From contig DATKDL010000146.1 of NCBI GenBank assembly GCA_035512695.1, positions 3,547 to 67,546 of the forward strand: DNA of 64,000 nt, read 5' to 3'. This stretch comes from Anaerolineales bacterium (lineage in GTDB: Bacteria; Chloroflexota; Anaerolineae; Anaerolineales; JABWBV01). A program made the position numbers and the translations under genes. How positions within the stretch are numbered: position 1 is the stretch's first letter; each line of letters begins with the position of its first letter. Positions 36,701 through 42,991 of this stretch are shown in pieces. The notes under the pieces were generated by a model, which worked only from the letters and a program-made list of their open reading frames with translations, ran no database searches and was not told where the DNA came from.

Positions 36701-36995
36701 ACTCGGATGGCCGGGAACGGCCGGCGACGTATTCCAGGGATGGTACGGCACCTCCCGGCAGATCGAGCCAATTCCGGAGAAGGTCGTTGACAAAAACGAG
36801 CCGGCCGCCCTCTGCGACCAGCAGAACCGCCAGATCGCCACCGGGGTCATCAAGATCGGAGGCGACCTTAAACTGGCCGAGCGGGTTTGTGACGGCTGCC
36901 CGGCGAGTGCGCAGAACGAGCAGCAAACCCCCTGAGAGAAGGAGGCCGAGGCCGATCAGGAGGGCGGCAGCGGCCTCGGGAGTGAGACCCAGCAT
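30747..36995 (-). CDS. giant sensor histidine kinase: N-terminal TM helix, about 9 tandem GAF domains, PAS, HisKA, HATPase_c
   Basis: 2082 aa. The recurring GAF core motif (S-h-h-h-h-P-h...G-h-h) appears at least 9 times. PAS segment LLAILESVVDGVIVTD. H-box FVATVSHELRTPLTSI. G-boxes DTGVGV and GTGLGLSIV. Confidence 0.85.
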   Translation of the reverse strand: MLGLTPEAAAALLIGLGLLLSGGLLLVLRTRRAAVTNPLGQFKVASDLDDPGGDLAVLLVAEGGRLVFVNDLLRNWLDLPGGAVPSLEYVAGRSRPSESLLDLCSTPGQKRLSLNGLLVDAASFRIPYPGQTVTAVALARPDLTGLVDAGSGEHPALRVLSELSLAMTSSPDLTKTVTAILESIEQVVPADIAEITIWNRSENVLIPFRLIGPPEIGRRIETPPDRYPVDDGPSGRLLRGRSAILLNPNGPEPGNGPGLEKPFPFRSYLGVPLLIGDDPIGTIELASLTGRVYTDRDLETLQLLANQASVALQHALTREDENRRVAELTGLANLAQVAGNLRDTGELFAQLVAGILPLFDVEVLGFLIYDENSRRLQAALPFTGIPDDFARLYATSLEPGSDAETIFASGQPVLSQNAAEDPQLIALDLAHLAQAAGLQDSVLVPLTAGGRSLGYLQAANKSDRSAHSAEELRLLSIVAGQSAAIIDNARLLEESRRRTRQAEALRRIAALASSVATLDEILTYSLTEIARLVGAEKAAVFLLNEDQSALFFHLPSVFGASSADFAGLLEIKTDDPVFARTATASQRARIFRRNSPELETEMVYKLVVGRLEAGSVISVPLIIRDRSVGELLFATGGENLFEPAEIEIAATAAGQIAGAIERTLDQDRTGEALRRRVDDLTTLTRISRELNTADDLAAALDRIYLEALTAAHADCGTVILFDPKADILQVDLFTGDDPASGGTLSKLEQSLIAGGEPHILADFDAGGAPPHPEVRSALLVPIEFESAPVGLIHLHARTADRFDPAAIERCRSLGIQAGSAIAGIRRREAETADQSVPTQRADLKDMEVRAGRVRAALELIHTINQQTSVEAVYEQIGSKLVSGMGFELGFVAIPTEQGAVLVSSAGKIPLHINPAVLLGQRNPLRQTLRTGEIFLAADLDAGGVETWRTSPLLEQLNAGSFICIPVGESGEAIRAAFMGIFSEPQPEFTENDLAVFGLLGRQIASTLRNLELLNRTEERLREVDVLLDFSRRLGSLDTGEIIRALAENARQVARTTQAVLVALWDENRSCLVPAFVSGYRDDEAMRAVRFAAGETLPGKVFSDGRIRRVGEVNIAVDYKLPYDELMKYQEATQGRVPIASLAAPIPSSSATIGVLILDSFTEPEAFTAEDEALVGSLARQTGLILENAQLLVEANRRAVQLAALTDVATTITSDLQVYRISASLLDHLSEVIPFDTGTFWFLKEDQLTVRAAQGFEDDEERVGLSVPVEDSRLLSDMVAQGRALHVPDIRSDPRFPALPEFERLSWLGIPLIAKGDVVGVIALEKTEANFYDSEHIQIATTFAGQAAVALENARLFEDSQQRTAELDERSQRLDLLNRLSSEFSSSLDTAHILRFTTRQIRETFACRIVSAVLIDPAGQAWLAAQSPARDGAYPKPFDDLPFRQLRESLGVLIVEDLSSNPGLASLPEVWEPSGQGAALALSLVTGDDLHGLLILHTDQRLGSSEIDLARTIANQVAVAVQNAQLFDRSRKLAEDLERRVEARTHELAIEHERTETLLGIITELSASLDMDIVLNRTLALINRITGAEQSTLIIANPADESLVRRASYGHDATLPETGETLPHDFDRRLADRVIRTREPALIDDARADPLWEAQHRSVIAIPLMLGAEALGALMLFHRESGVFTQHHLELIQAASKQVAVAVNNAHLYLLIRDQAERLGGMLRSQQIESSRLLAILESVVDGVIVTDSRGQVTVFNHAAEQILDLASKAVVGRSLDDFSELLGPPCRSWLDTIQAWSANPNSIETGDSFSEEIALDEVRVAAVNLAPVALPHEFLGTVSIFRDITHLIEVDRMKSEFVATVSHELRTPLTSIKGYVDILLMGAAGIVNPQQHEFLRVVQENTERLNILVSDLLEVSRIEAGKVFLERGSVDLVELAGEVVTDYRLRSQEEKKPMRIWVSSDWTPPAAHADPARLRQILDNLVGNAYNYTEADGEIEILFRPSVEFIEVVVRDTGVGVAPKDQPQIFDRFYRGDAPLVTSTAGTGLGLSIVRYLVELHGGTIRIESAGVPGEGSTFYFTVPKS

Positions 36996-37005
36996 TCCCG
37001 GCGCG

Positions 37006-37905
37006 TCAGCCGTCTCCCTGCCGGTTGAGGCGGCGTGCTTCCGCAGCCAGTTCGGTGATTTCCCGGATATCCGCGAATTCGTGATCGGCTGGGCTCACGC
37101 TGCCGATTCTGATCGACATCAAGGCGACACGCTCTTCACCGCCCTGTCCACTCCCGGTGGAGATGTACCCTTGCTCGCGGTCGATAAAGCTGTAATGGGT
37201 CAGCACCTGCTCGGCGAACCGCTCTCGGATCAGGTCCCGGAGAGCCGCGGCGTCCGCGTGCCTGGTGATGACGATGAAATTGTCGCCGCCGGGGTGACCG
37301 ATGAAATCCTCCTGCGTACCCGCCTCGTCGATGACTTCGCCGATCAACATGGCCGTGAACCGCAGGACGTCATCGCCGGCCACAAAGCCGTACACCTCCT
37401 TGAAGGGCTCGAAATGCTCGATCCGCAGGTCCATCAATGTCCAGCCATCGTTCCCGATCATGCGGCGGAGCTGGTCTTCGATCAGGCGTCCGGAAGGGAG
37501 CCCGGATCGCGGGTCGGTGAGACTTTCGCGGGCAGCGCGGGCGATCGCGTTCTGGACGCGCAGCTTGAGCTCCTCGATGTCGAAAGGCTTGGTAATGTAA
37601 TCGTCCGCGCCGAGTTCCAGGCCCTGCAGCTTGTCGCTGCGTTCGTCTCGCTGGGTCAGAAAGATGATCGGAATATGGCTTGTGCGGGTCTGGGTCCGCA
37701 GGATCCGGCAAACTTCATACCCGTCGATGCCCGGCAGCATGATGTCCAGGACGATCAGGTGCGGCAGACCGGCGCGTGTTTTCTCCAGCGCTTCGGGACC
37801 ACCGAGCGCCGTGTCGACATCGTAGCCCTGGCCCCTGAAATAGATGTCGAGCATGTTCGAAATGTCGGCGTCGTCTTCGACGATTAAGATGCGGGATTTT
37901 CCCAT
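37006..37905 (-). CDS. response regulator with degenerate GGDEF domain (GGDNF)
   Basis: 299 aa. SD GGGAGG. REC motifs (ILIVEDD, LIVLDIMLPGIDG, YITKPF). GGDEF-fold region LTDPRSGLP...FIGHPGGDNFIVI. Confidence 0.8.
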   Translation of the reverse strand: MGKSRILIVEDDADISNMLDIYFRGQGYDVDTALGGPEALEKTRAGLPHLIVLDIMLPGIDGYEVCRILRTQTRTSHIPIIFLTQRDERSDKLQGLELGADDYITKPFDIEELKLRVQNAIARAARESLTDPRSGLPSGRLIEDQLRRMIGNDGWTLMDLRIEHFEPFKEVYGFVAGDDVLRFTAMLIGEVIDEAGTQEDFIGHPGGDNFIVITRHADAAALRDLIRERFAEQVLTHYSFIDREQGYISTGSGQGGEERVALMSIRIGSVSPADHEFADIREITELAAEARRLNRQGDG

Positions 37906-38028
37906 CGGTGCCTCCCAAATCGTTTTGGCTGAGAAATTGATGGAAGCGGCGGGTTCTCCCCGCCCGTAGTTTCTATTTCAATGTGAATTGTAACTGCTCC
38001 GCGACCGCCTGAGCAGCCACCCTCATTT

Positions 38029-39306
38029 TCACCAGGTCTCGGGGGCGTCCTTCCCCGGGGGAGGATATCGCCGGTTGTGCAATTTTCCCAGTGCGAGCCG
38101 GTGATGGTCGCTGTCTTTGTAGCGGATATCGGTTTCGACGATTCTGCGTTCGTTCGAACCGATCAGGACGACATCGGATTCGATCGTCCGGGCGGGCATG
38201 ATGACGAGGCCGGAGCCGAGTCTGCAGTTGTGGCCGACGCAGCCGCCAAGGACGGAGCGGCCGGAAGGGGAGAGCCGGTCACCCCCGTCCAGCGCGCGCA
38301 ATGGTTTGGGGATCAGGTTGAAATCGGTGAACGTCGTCCCCGCACCGATAAAGGTGTTCCGCCCAATGACGCACATCTGCAGGCACGTGTTCTGGGCGAC
38401 CATGCTGTTTTCCATCAGGGTGGTCATGAACAGGGCTGCGCGGAAAGGCAGGAAGCTGCCGTCGCCGATCACAGAGAGCATCACCTGGCAGCCCTGCGAG
38501 ATGTTGACATCGCTGCCGATGATTGCGTTTTCGATGACAACCCCGGCGCCGATCGTGACGTTGTCCCCAATCGTGGTCGGCCCGTGGATGACGGCAGTCG
38601 GATCGATCTGGCAGCCGCGCCCGATCCGGACCAGGCGGCTGGTTTCCAGGACTTGCTTCCCCTCCAGCATGCCGCGGAACAGGACGCCCAACTTGAGGAA
38701 AGGCTCCCGGGCGATGCGGTGCTCGAACCGCGCCCCGCGTGCGAAAACTCCGAAGACGACATCGGCGATAAAGATATGGACCCAGGAATCGATCGCCAGG
38801 AGTCCCTGCAGCGGGACCTGGAAAATCAATTCCCCTTTTTCGCTGGCCATGTAGCTCGGGATGCGGTAGTAGCCGATCTCGGTGGTCCGGGTATCGACGA
38901 TGACCGGGTCGGTTTCGGCCGTTGGGCCTTCCGGGTAATACCACAGATCGGCAAGGTAGAGTTCGCCGGTGTGGGTGAAAGAGGTGGAAAGCGGCAGGAC
39001 GTGCTCGCGAAAAGTGGCGTTTTCGATCGTAAAGGCCGCCCGGCAGGGCCGGCCGCGACGGACCGCTTCATCGAGGAATGCGGCGATGTAAGCCTCATCG
39101 AAGTAAAGGTTGTCGCGGTAGACGATGCAGGCACTGCGGGTTGCGGGGAGCGTCTCGTCCACGCCGAGTTCCAATTCGCGCGTGATATACGAGGCCAACG
39201 CATCGCGCTGGATAAGCCAGAGGGGTTTGTTCTGGATCCTCAGGTCGCGGGCGCGCTCGTTGAACGGCCTGACGACGCGGTCGGAGTTGAGGACGATCTT
39301 CAGCAT
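38029..39306 (-). CDS. left-handed beta-helix (hexapeptide-repeat) protein with degenerate nucleotidyltransferase-like N-terminal domain
   Basis: 425 aa. Multiple hexapeptide turns (IGDNVTIGAGVVIENAIIGSDVNISQGCQV..., VGHNCRLGSGLVI). The N-terminal about 220 aa lacks a G-rich NTP loop. Confidence 0.6.
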   Translation of the reverse strand: MLKIVLNSDRVVRPFNERARDLRIQNKPLWLIQRDALASYITRELELGVDETLPATRSACIVYRDNLYFDEAYIAAFLDEAVRRGRPCRAAFTIENATFREHVLPLSTSFTHTGELYLADLWYYPEGPTAETDPVIVDTRTTEIGYYRIPSYMASEKGELIFQVPLQGLLAIDSWVHIFIADVVFGVFARGARFEHRIAREPFLKLGVLFRGMLEGKQVLETSRLVRIGRGCQIDPTAVIHGPTTIGDNVTIGAGVVIENAIIGSDVNISQGCQVMLSVIGDGSFLPFRAALFMTTLMENSMVAQNTCLQMCVIGRNTFIGAGTTFTDFNLIPKPLRALDGGDRLSPSGRSVLGGCVGHNCRLGSGLVIMPARTIESDVVLIGSNERRIVETDIRYKDSDHHRLALGKLHNRRYPPPGKDAPETW

Positions 39307-39308
39307 GA

Positions 39309-40124
39309 CTACCTGCGGGTCGCTTCGCCGTTCGGGCCGCCGTCCGAGCGCAGGAATTCACGCAGGGTATGCTGGAATCGCTCGGCCTGGTCGAGCATCG
39401 GGAAATGACCGGCGTTTTTGAAGCGTTCAATGCGGGGGTGCCGGGCGTGCTCCTGGATCGGCTTCCATTGGTTCGGGTTGACCAACACATCCAGGGCCCC
39501 ATAGATCCCCATGATCGGGACGTCGATGGATTCGATCTCGTCCGTCAGGTTCGTTCGCCGGAGCGACGCGATACTGGTGAGAAAAGACTCAACCGTGGTC
39601 TTTGAGAGATCCTTGTCGATCATTCCGTACCAGCGGCGGTCGCGGGTCACGATCGGCGCCCCGATCCGGATCCCCAGTTTGAGCGCCCACATCGTGTTGT
39701 GGACCAGGCGCGCGATCGGGCGGTAGCCGGCCAGCTTGAGCAGGAACAGGAGCGATCGGCCGTCGATCGGCGAGCCGATCACGGTCACATTCCTGGCGCG
39801 GTGCGGGTGTTTGCGGGCCAGGGCGAGGCTCACGGTGCCGCCCATGCTGTGCCCGACGATCGGCGCCGAAGCGATCCCGAGGGACTCCATAAACTCGTCC
39901 ACCAAACCCACGAAATCTTCGATCTCATATGAGTTCAACTTCTTGCCGGATTCTCCGAACCCCCAGAAATCGAGGGCGTAGGTGCGGAACTCGTCGCCGA
40001 GGAAGGCCATCGTCTCCTGCCAGAGACCCCAGGAGCCCAGCCAGCCGTGCAGCAAAATGACCGGCTTGCCGCGACCGAAGACTTCGTAATGGATGATGCC
40101 CTTTTGCGTGGTGAGGCAGGACAC
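39309..40124 (-). CDS. alpha/beta hydrolase (intact Ser-Asp-His candidates)
   Basis: 271 aa. GHSMGG nucleophile elbow; GALDVLV and AGHFPML as Asp/His candidates. Confidence 0.75.
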   Translation of the reverse strand: MSCLTTQKGIIHYEVFGRGKPVILLHGWLGSWGLWQETMAFLGDEFRTYALDFWGFGESGKKLNSYEIEDFVGLVDEFMESLGIASAPIVGHSMGGTVSLALARKHPHRARNVTVIGSPIDGRSLLFLLKLAGYRPIARLVHNTMWALKLGIRIGAPIVTRDRRWYGMIDKDLSKTTVESFLTSIASLRRTNLTDEIESIDVPIMGIYGALDVLVNPNQWKPIQEHARHPRIERFKNAGHFPMLDQAERFQHTLREFLRSDGGPNGEATRR

Positions 40125-40130
40125 GGTACC

Positions 40131-40661
40131 CTAGGTTTCCATTCCCGCCAAAATGGAATACAGCAGCTCAAGCAGGACAGTTTTGACCGATTCTTTATCC
40201 ACAGCGACGCATGGGAGCAGTTTGATCCCCTCTTCGAGACGCAAAGCGATGCGCATATCATCGAGCGCCCACGCGTCTTCCTGGTCTTGCTTGTTGGCGG
40301 CTACGACGTAAGGCGTGGGTGCATAAGCTCGAAAAGTCTCCAGAATGCTGCGGGCCTCGCGGAAAGTTTCGGGCCGCGAACTGTCGATCATGACGATAAA
40401 GCCCAACATGCCTTCCGAGAGGATCTCCCACATGAAATCGAACCGTTTCTGCCCAGGCGTGCCGAAAAGATACAGTACCAGGCTCTCATCGACCGTGATG
40501 CGGCCGAAGTCCATCGCGACCGTCGTCGATTCCTTGATGCGTTCGGCTTCCGAAGTGATTTTCTTCTCAGTCGAGACGACGTCGATCTCGCTGACAGTCT
40601 GGATGAATTCGGTTTTGCCGGCGCTGAATGGTCCGGTGACGACCATTTTGACGGTTTCCAT
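40131..40661 (-). CDS. small Ras-like GTPase of the MglA/CvnD (conservon ATP/GTP-binding protein) type
   Basis: 176 aa. P-loop GPFSAGKT, switch II LFGTPGQKRF, NKQD box. Confidence 0.8.
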   Translation of the reverse strand: METVKMVVTGPFSAGKTEFIQTVSEIDVVSTEKKITSEAERIKESTTVAMDFGRITVDESLVLYLFGTPGQKRFDFMWEILSEGMLGFIVMIDSSRPETFREARSILETFRAYAPTPYVVAANKQDQEDAWALDDMRIALRLEEGIKLLPCVAVDKESVKTVLLELLYSILAGMET

Positions 40662-41479
40662 TAGAGCGATCGGATCCTCCCGATGATGCGATTGATCAAC
40701 GATTTCTGTTCGTCTTGCGATGCGTTTGCGTACGCCCCGGTCGGCTTGAGCGGATGCGGGGCATTTTCAGGGCGGACCAGGTCCACCAGGCCGGCCTGGA
40801 GCAGACCGTACACGATCCGCCGGATCTCGATGTCGTTCATTTGGGTCGCGCGTGAAATCTGGCGGATCGAATTCTTGGGGTTGATGTACGAAACGACCTT
40901 CCACTCCTGGATGCTGAGATTCACCTTGCTCAGGTTGGTTCCGGGCCGATCGGTGAAACGCAAGGCCATATCGAGGTTTGGGATTTCGTCCTGAAGCTGT
41001 TCCCATTCCCGCAGACGCCGGGAGCCTTCGATGATGATGTTCTCCAGGTCGATGCGGGTCGTGATCCTGTCATCCGGTGGAAGGGCGTCGTTTTGGAACT
41101 GGAAAAACCCTTCCACCCATGTGAACAAACGGTTGACGACGGCGACAAAGTGGTTCCGCAGGGTCTGGACGACTTCCTCGCGAGTGAGGTAGCCGGCGTT
41201 GATCAACAGCAGACCCAGTTCCTTGTCCCCCATGTTGGCCGCGCGAGTTTTAAGGGTACGGTACTGCGCCAGTGAGAAACGGTTGGCCTTGTAGAGGAGC
41301 GTCGCCAGGCTGTTGTCCTCCTGGCGCATCTCGGCGAAGGCCAGTTTCCCATCACGAAAGCTGACAAGGGCAGTCTCGTTGGCCCCTTCCACCACGAGGG
41401 TGCCGGTCTTTTTGGCGAGATTGATCAGGTTGAGGAGCTGCGTGATGGTGAAGTCACGCAAATTTCCTTTGAGTGCCAT
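40661..41479 (-). CDS. DUF4388 (PATAN) domain protein with C-terminal DUF742/CvnC-like winged-helix region
   Basis: 272 aa. N-terminus MALKGNLRDFTITQLLNLINLAKKTGTLVV is typical of DUF4388. C-terminus reads LSIQEWKVVSYINPKNSIRQISRATQMNDIEIRRIVYGLLQAGLVDLV. The stop overlaps the GTPase ATG by 1 nt. Confidence 0.7.
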   Translation of the reverse strand: MALKGNLRDFTITQLLNLINLAKKTGTLVVEGANETALVSFRDGKLAFAEMRQEDNSLATLLYKANRFSLAQYRTLKTRAANMGDKELGLLLINAGYLTREEVVQTLRNHFVAVVNRLFTWVEGFFQFQNDALPPDDRITTRIDLENIIIEGSRRLREWEQLQDEIPNLDMALRFTDRPGTNLSKVNLSIQEWKVVSYINPKNSIRQISRATQMNDIEIRRIVYGLLQAGLVDLVRPENAPHPLKPTGAYANASQDEQKSLINRIIGRIRSL

Positions 41480-41532
41480 GCTGAGGGATTATACAATTAT
41501 TCTAAGAACCTATCTGCAAATTGGGGCGGCGG

Positions 41533-41573
41533 TTTTCGGGCCGGCTGCGGTTCTGCCGCAGCCGGCCCGAAAA
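41533..41573 (-). terminator. hairpin, 18-bp perfect stem
   Basis: TTTTCGGGCCGGCTGCGG / TTCTG / CCGCAGCCGGCCCGAAAA, downstream of the 41604 stop. TATAAT (41493..41488, minus) then lies 8 nt before ATG 41479. Confidence 0.75.
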
Positions 41574-41603
41574 CACCCGTTCACCGAATTTTTGGATCGG
41601 GTA

Positions 41604-42137
41604 TTACTTCAACGGGCAAAGCCCCGATCCTTGCACGAAAGCCGTCACATTCGGCATCGCACCGTAGTGCAGCGATCCGCCGGTGCCAAATCCATTGGAG
41701 CGGCCAAAGATCGCATTGACATTGGAATGTCTTCCTACGAGCGGGATGACGATTGAATCGAGATTGGAGAAGAAAGTGTAGAACGAGTGGATCCGGACCT
41801 TGTTGGTGTAAATGACCTCCAGCACGACGACGTCCGGATTGGTCCGGTAGTATTCATAGGTCGAATCCGACATTGTGAGCGGATCGAAGTTCTTGCGGGT
41901 CGAGAGCGTTTCGTTCAGGATTGTGACCAGGGCGTCGAAGTGCGGATCCTCGGGGCGCAGGGTCGTCACGCTGCCATAGCAGTACAGATCGATCCCCTCG
42001 GGATACTCATCAAAATTCGAAGTGAACCAGAGTGGATCCTGCGTACTCATTGCGATGATCGCATACACCAGGGTCGCGACGAGGACCAAGGCCGTGATCG
42101 CGAGGTTAATCAAGGAAGGTGGTCTGCTCTTGTCCAT
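41604..42137 (-). CDS. single-pass membrane protein, paralog B (unknown family)
   Basis: 177 aa with an N-terminal TM helix. Shares MST(Q/E)DPLWF, LTMSDxTYxYY, VIPLxGRHSNxNAxFG and a C-terminal GLC with 42275..42805. Confidence 0.65.
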   Translation of the reverse strand: MDKSRPPSLINLAITALVLVATLVYAIIAMSTQDPLWFTSNFDEYPEGIDLYCYGSVTTLRPEDPHFDALVTILNETLSTRKNFDPLTMSDSTYEYYRTNPDVVVLEVIYTNKVRIHSFYTFFSNLDSIVIPLVGRHSNVNAIFGRSNGFGTGGSLHYGAMPNVTAFVQGSGLCPLK

Positions 42138-42176
42138 AGGCTTATTTTAACCGGATCGTCCCTACAGGATGAAACC

Positions 42177-42263
42177 AAAAATCGGAGCGTGAGCGAAATG
42201 GGGGAGGGATGGCCGGGCGATGTCCGGACACCCCTCCCCCATTTCGCTCACGCTCCGATTTTT
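42177..42263 (-). terminator. hairpin, 32-bp perfect stem with 23-nt loop
   Basis: Arms 42177..42208 and 42232..42263 are exact reverse complements. Confidence 0.8.
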
Positions 42264-42274
42264 CGGACAGGATC

Positions 42275-42805
42275 TCAGCCGGAACAGAGGCCGTTGGCCG
42301 TGATGTAGTCCAGCATCGAAGCGGTTGATTCGATGTGCAGCGCGCCCGCCGTTGCCTGGCCGTCGATCAGCCCAAACACGGCATTGAGATTGGAATGCCG
42401 GCCTAACAGGGGGATCACGAGCGCCTCAACCCCCGAGAAATATTTGTAGATCGAGTGCACCCGAACCGGCCGGTTGTACCGGATCTCCAACGCGACGACC
42501 GCATCACTTTCTTGATAGTAGCGATAGGTATCGTCCGACATTGTCAGAGAATCCCAGTTTTTCCTGCCGGACAGGGCCTGGTTTACAAATCCGTTCAAGG
42601 CTTCAAGATGGGGAGAATTCTGCCCGATCGGCTCCCGGCTGCCCCGGCAGTAGATGGTGGCTTCCGCCGCAGCTTCGGAAAATGTCGGGATGAACCACAG
42701 CGGGTCTTCCGTGCTCATGGAGATGATCCCGTAACCCGCTGCAACGACGAATACGACGACTGTACCCAGCAGCCCCATCAGCGAGGGCTGGTTCTGCTCG
42801 TACAT
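42275..42805 (-). CDS. single-pass membrane protein, paralog A (unknown family)
   Basis: ORF 42275..42853 trimmed to ATG 42805 (MYEQNQPSLMGLLG...) after SD AAGGAGG. Confidence 0.65.
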   Translation of the reverse strand: MYEQNQPSLMGLLGTVVVFVVAAGYGIISMSTEDPLWFIPTFSEAAAEATIYCRGSREPIGQNSPHLEALNGFVNQALSGRKNWDSLTMSDDTYRYYQESDAVVALEIRYNRPVRVHSIYKYFSGVEALVIPLLGRHSNLNAVFGLIDGQATAGALHIESTASMLDYITANGLCSG

Positions 42806-42919
42806 AACGACCTCCTTGTGTATGGATCCTCGTGTTCTCCAACTCCGCTTCACTTTCCGGGAACACTGCAGGTGGCCTAAGCCTGCAGGAAAGTGAAATG
42901 AATGTTGAATATTTATTGA

Positions 42920-42948
42920 ATTATCGCATGAAAGAAGGGAAAAGTCAA
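42920..42948 (-). promoter_or_regulatory. sigma70-like promoter TTGACT-17 nt-GATAAT (minus strand)
   Basis: Minus-strand reading ...TTGACTtttcccttctttcatgcGATAAT... in the AT-rich gap. It predicts a 5' UTR of about 100 nt containing a two-helix hairpin (42851..42895) ahead of paralog A. Confidence 0.5.
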
Positions 42949-42991
42949 ATACTTATTTGAAAATATTAATTTTTCTTATCGCGGGCATGCT

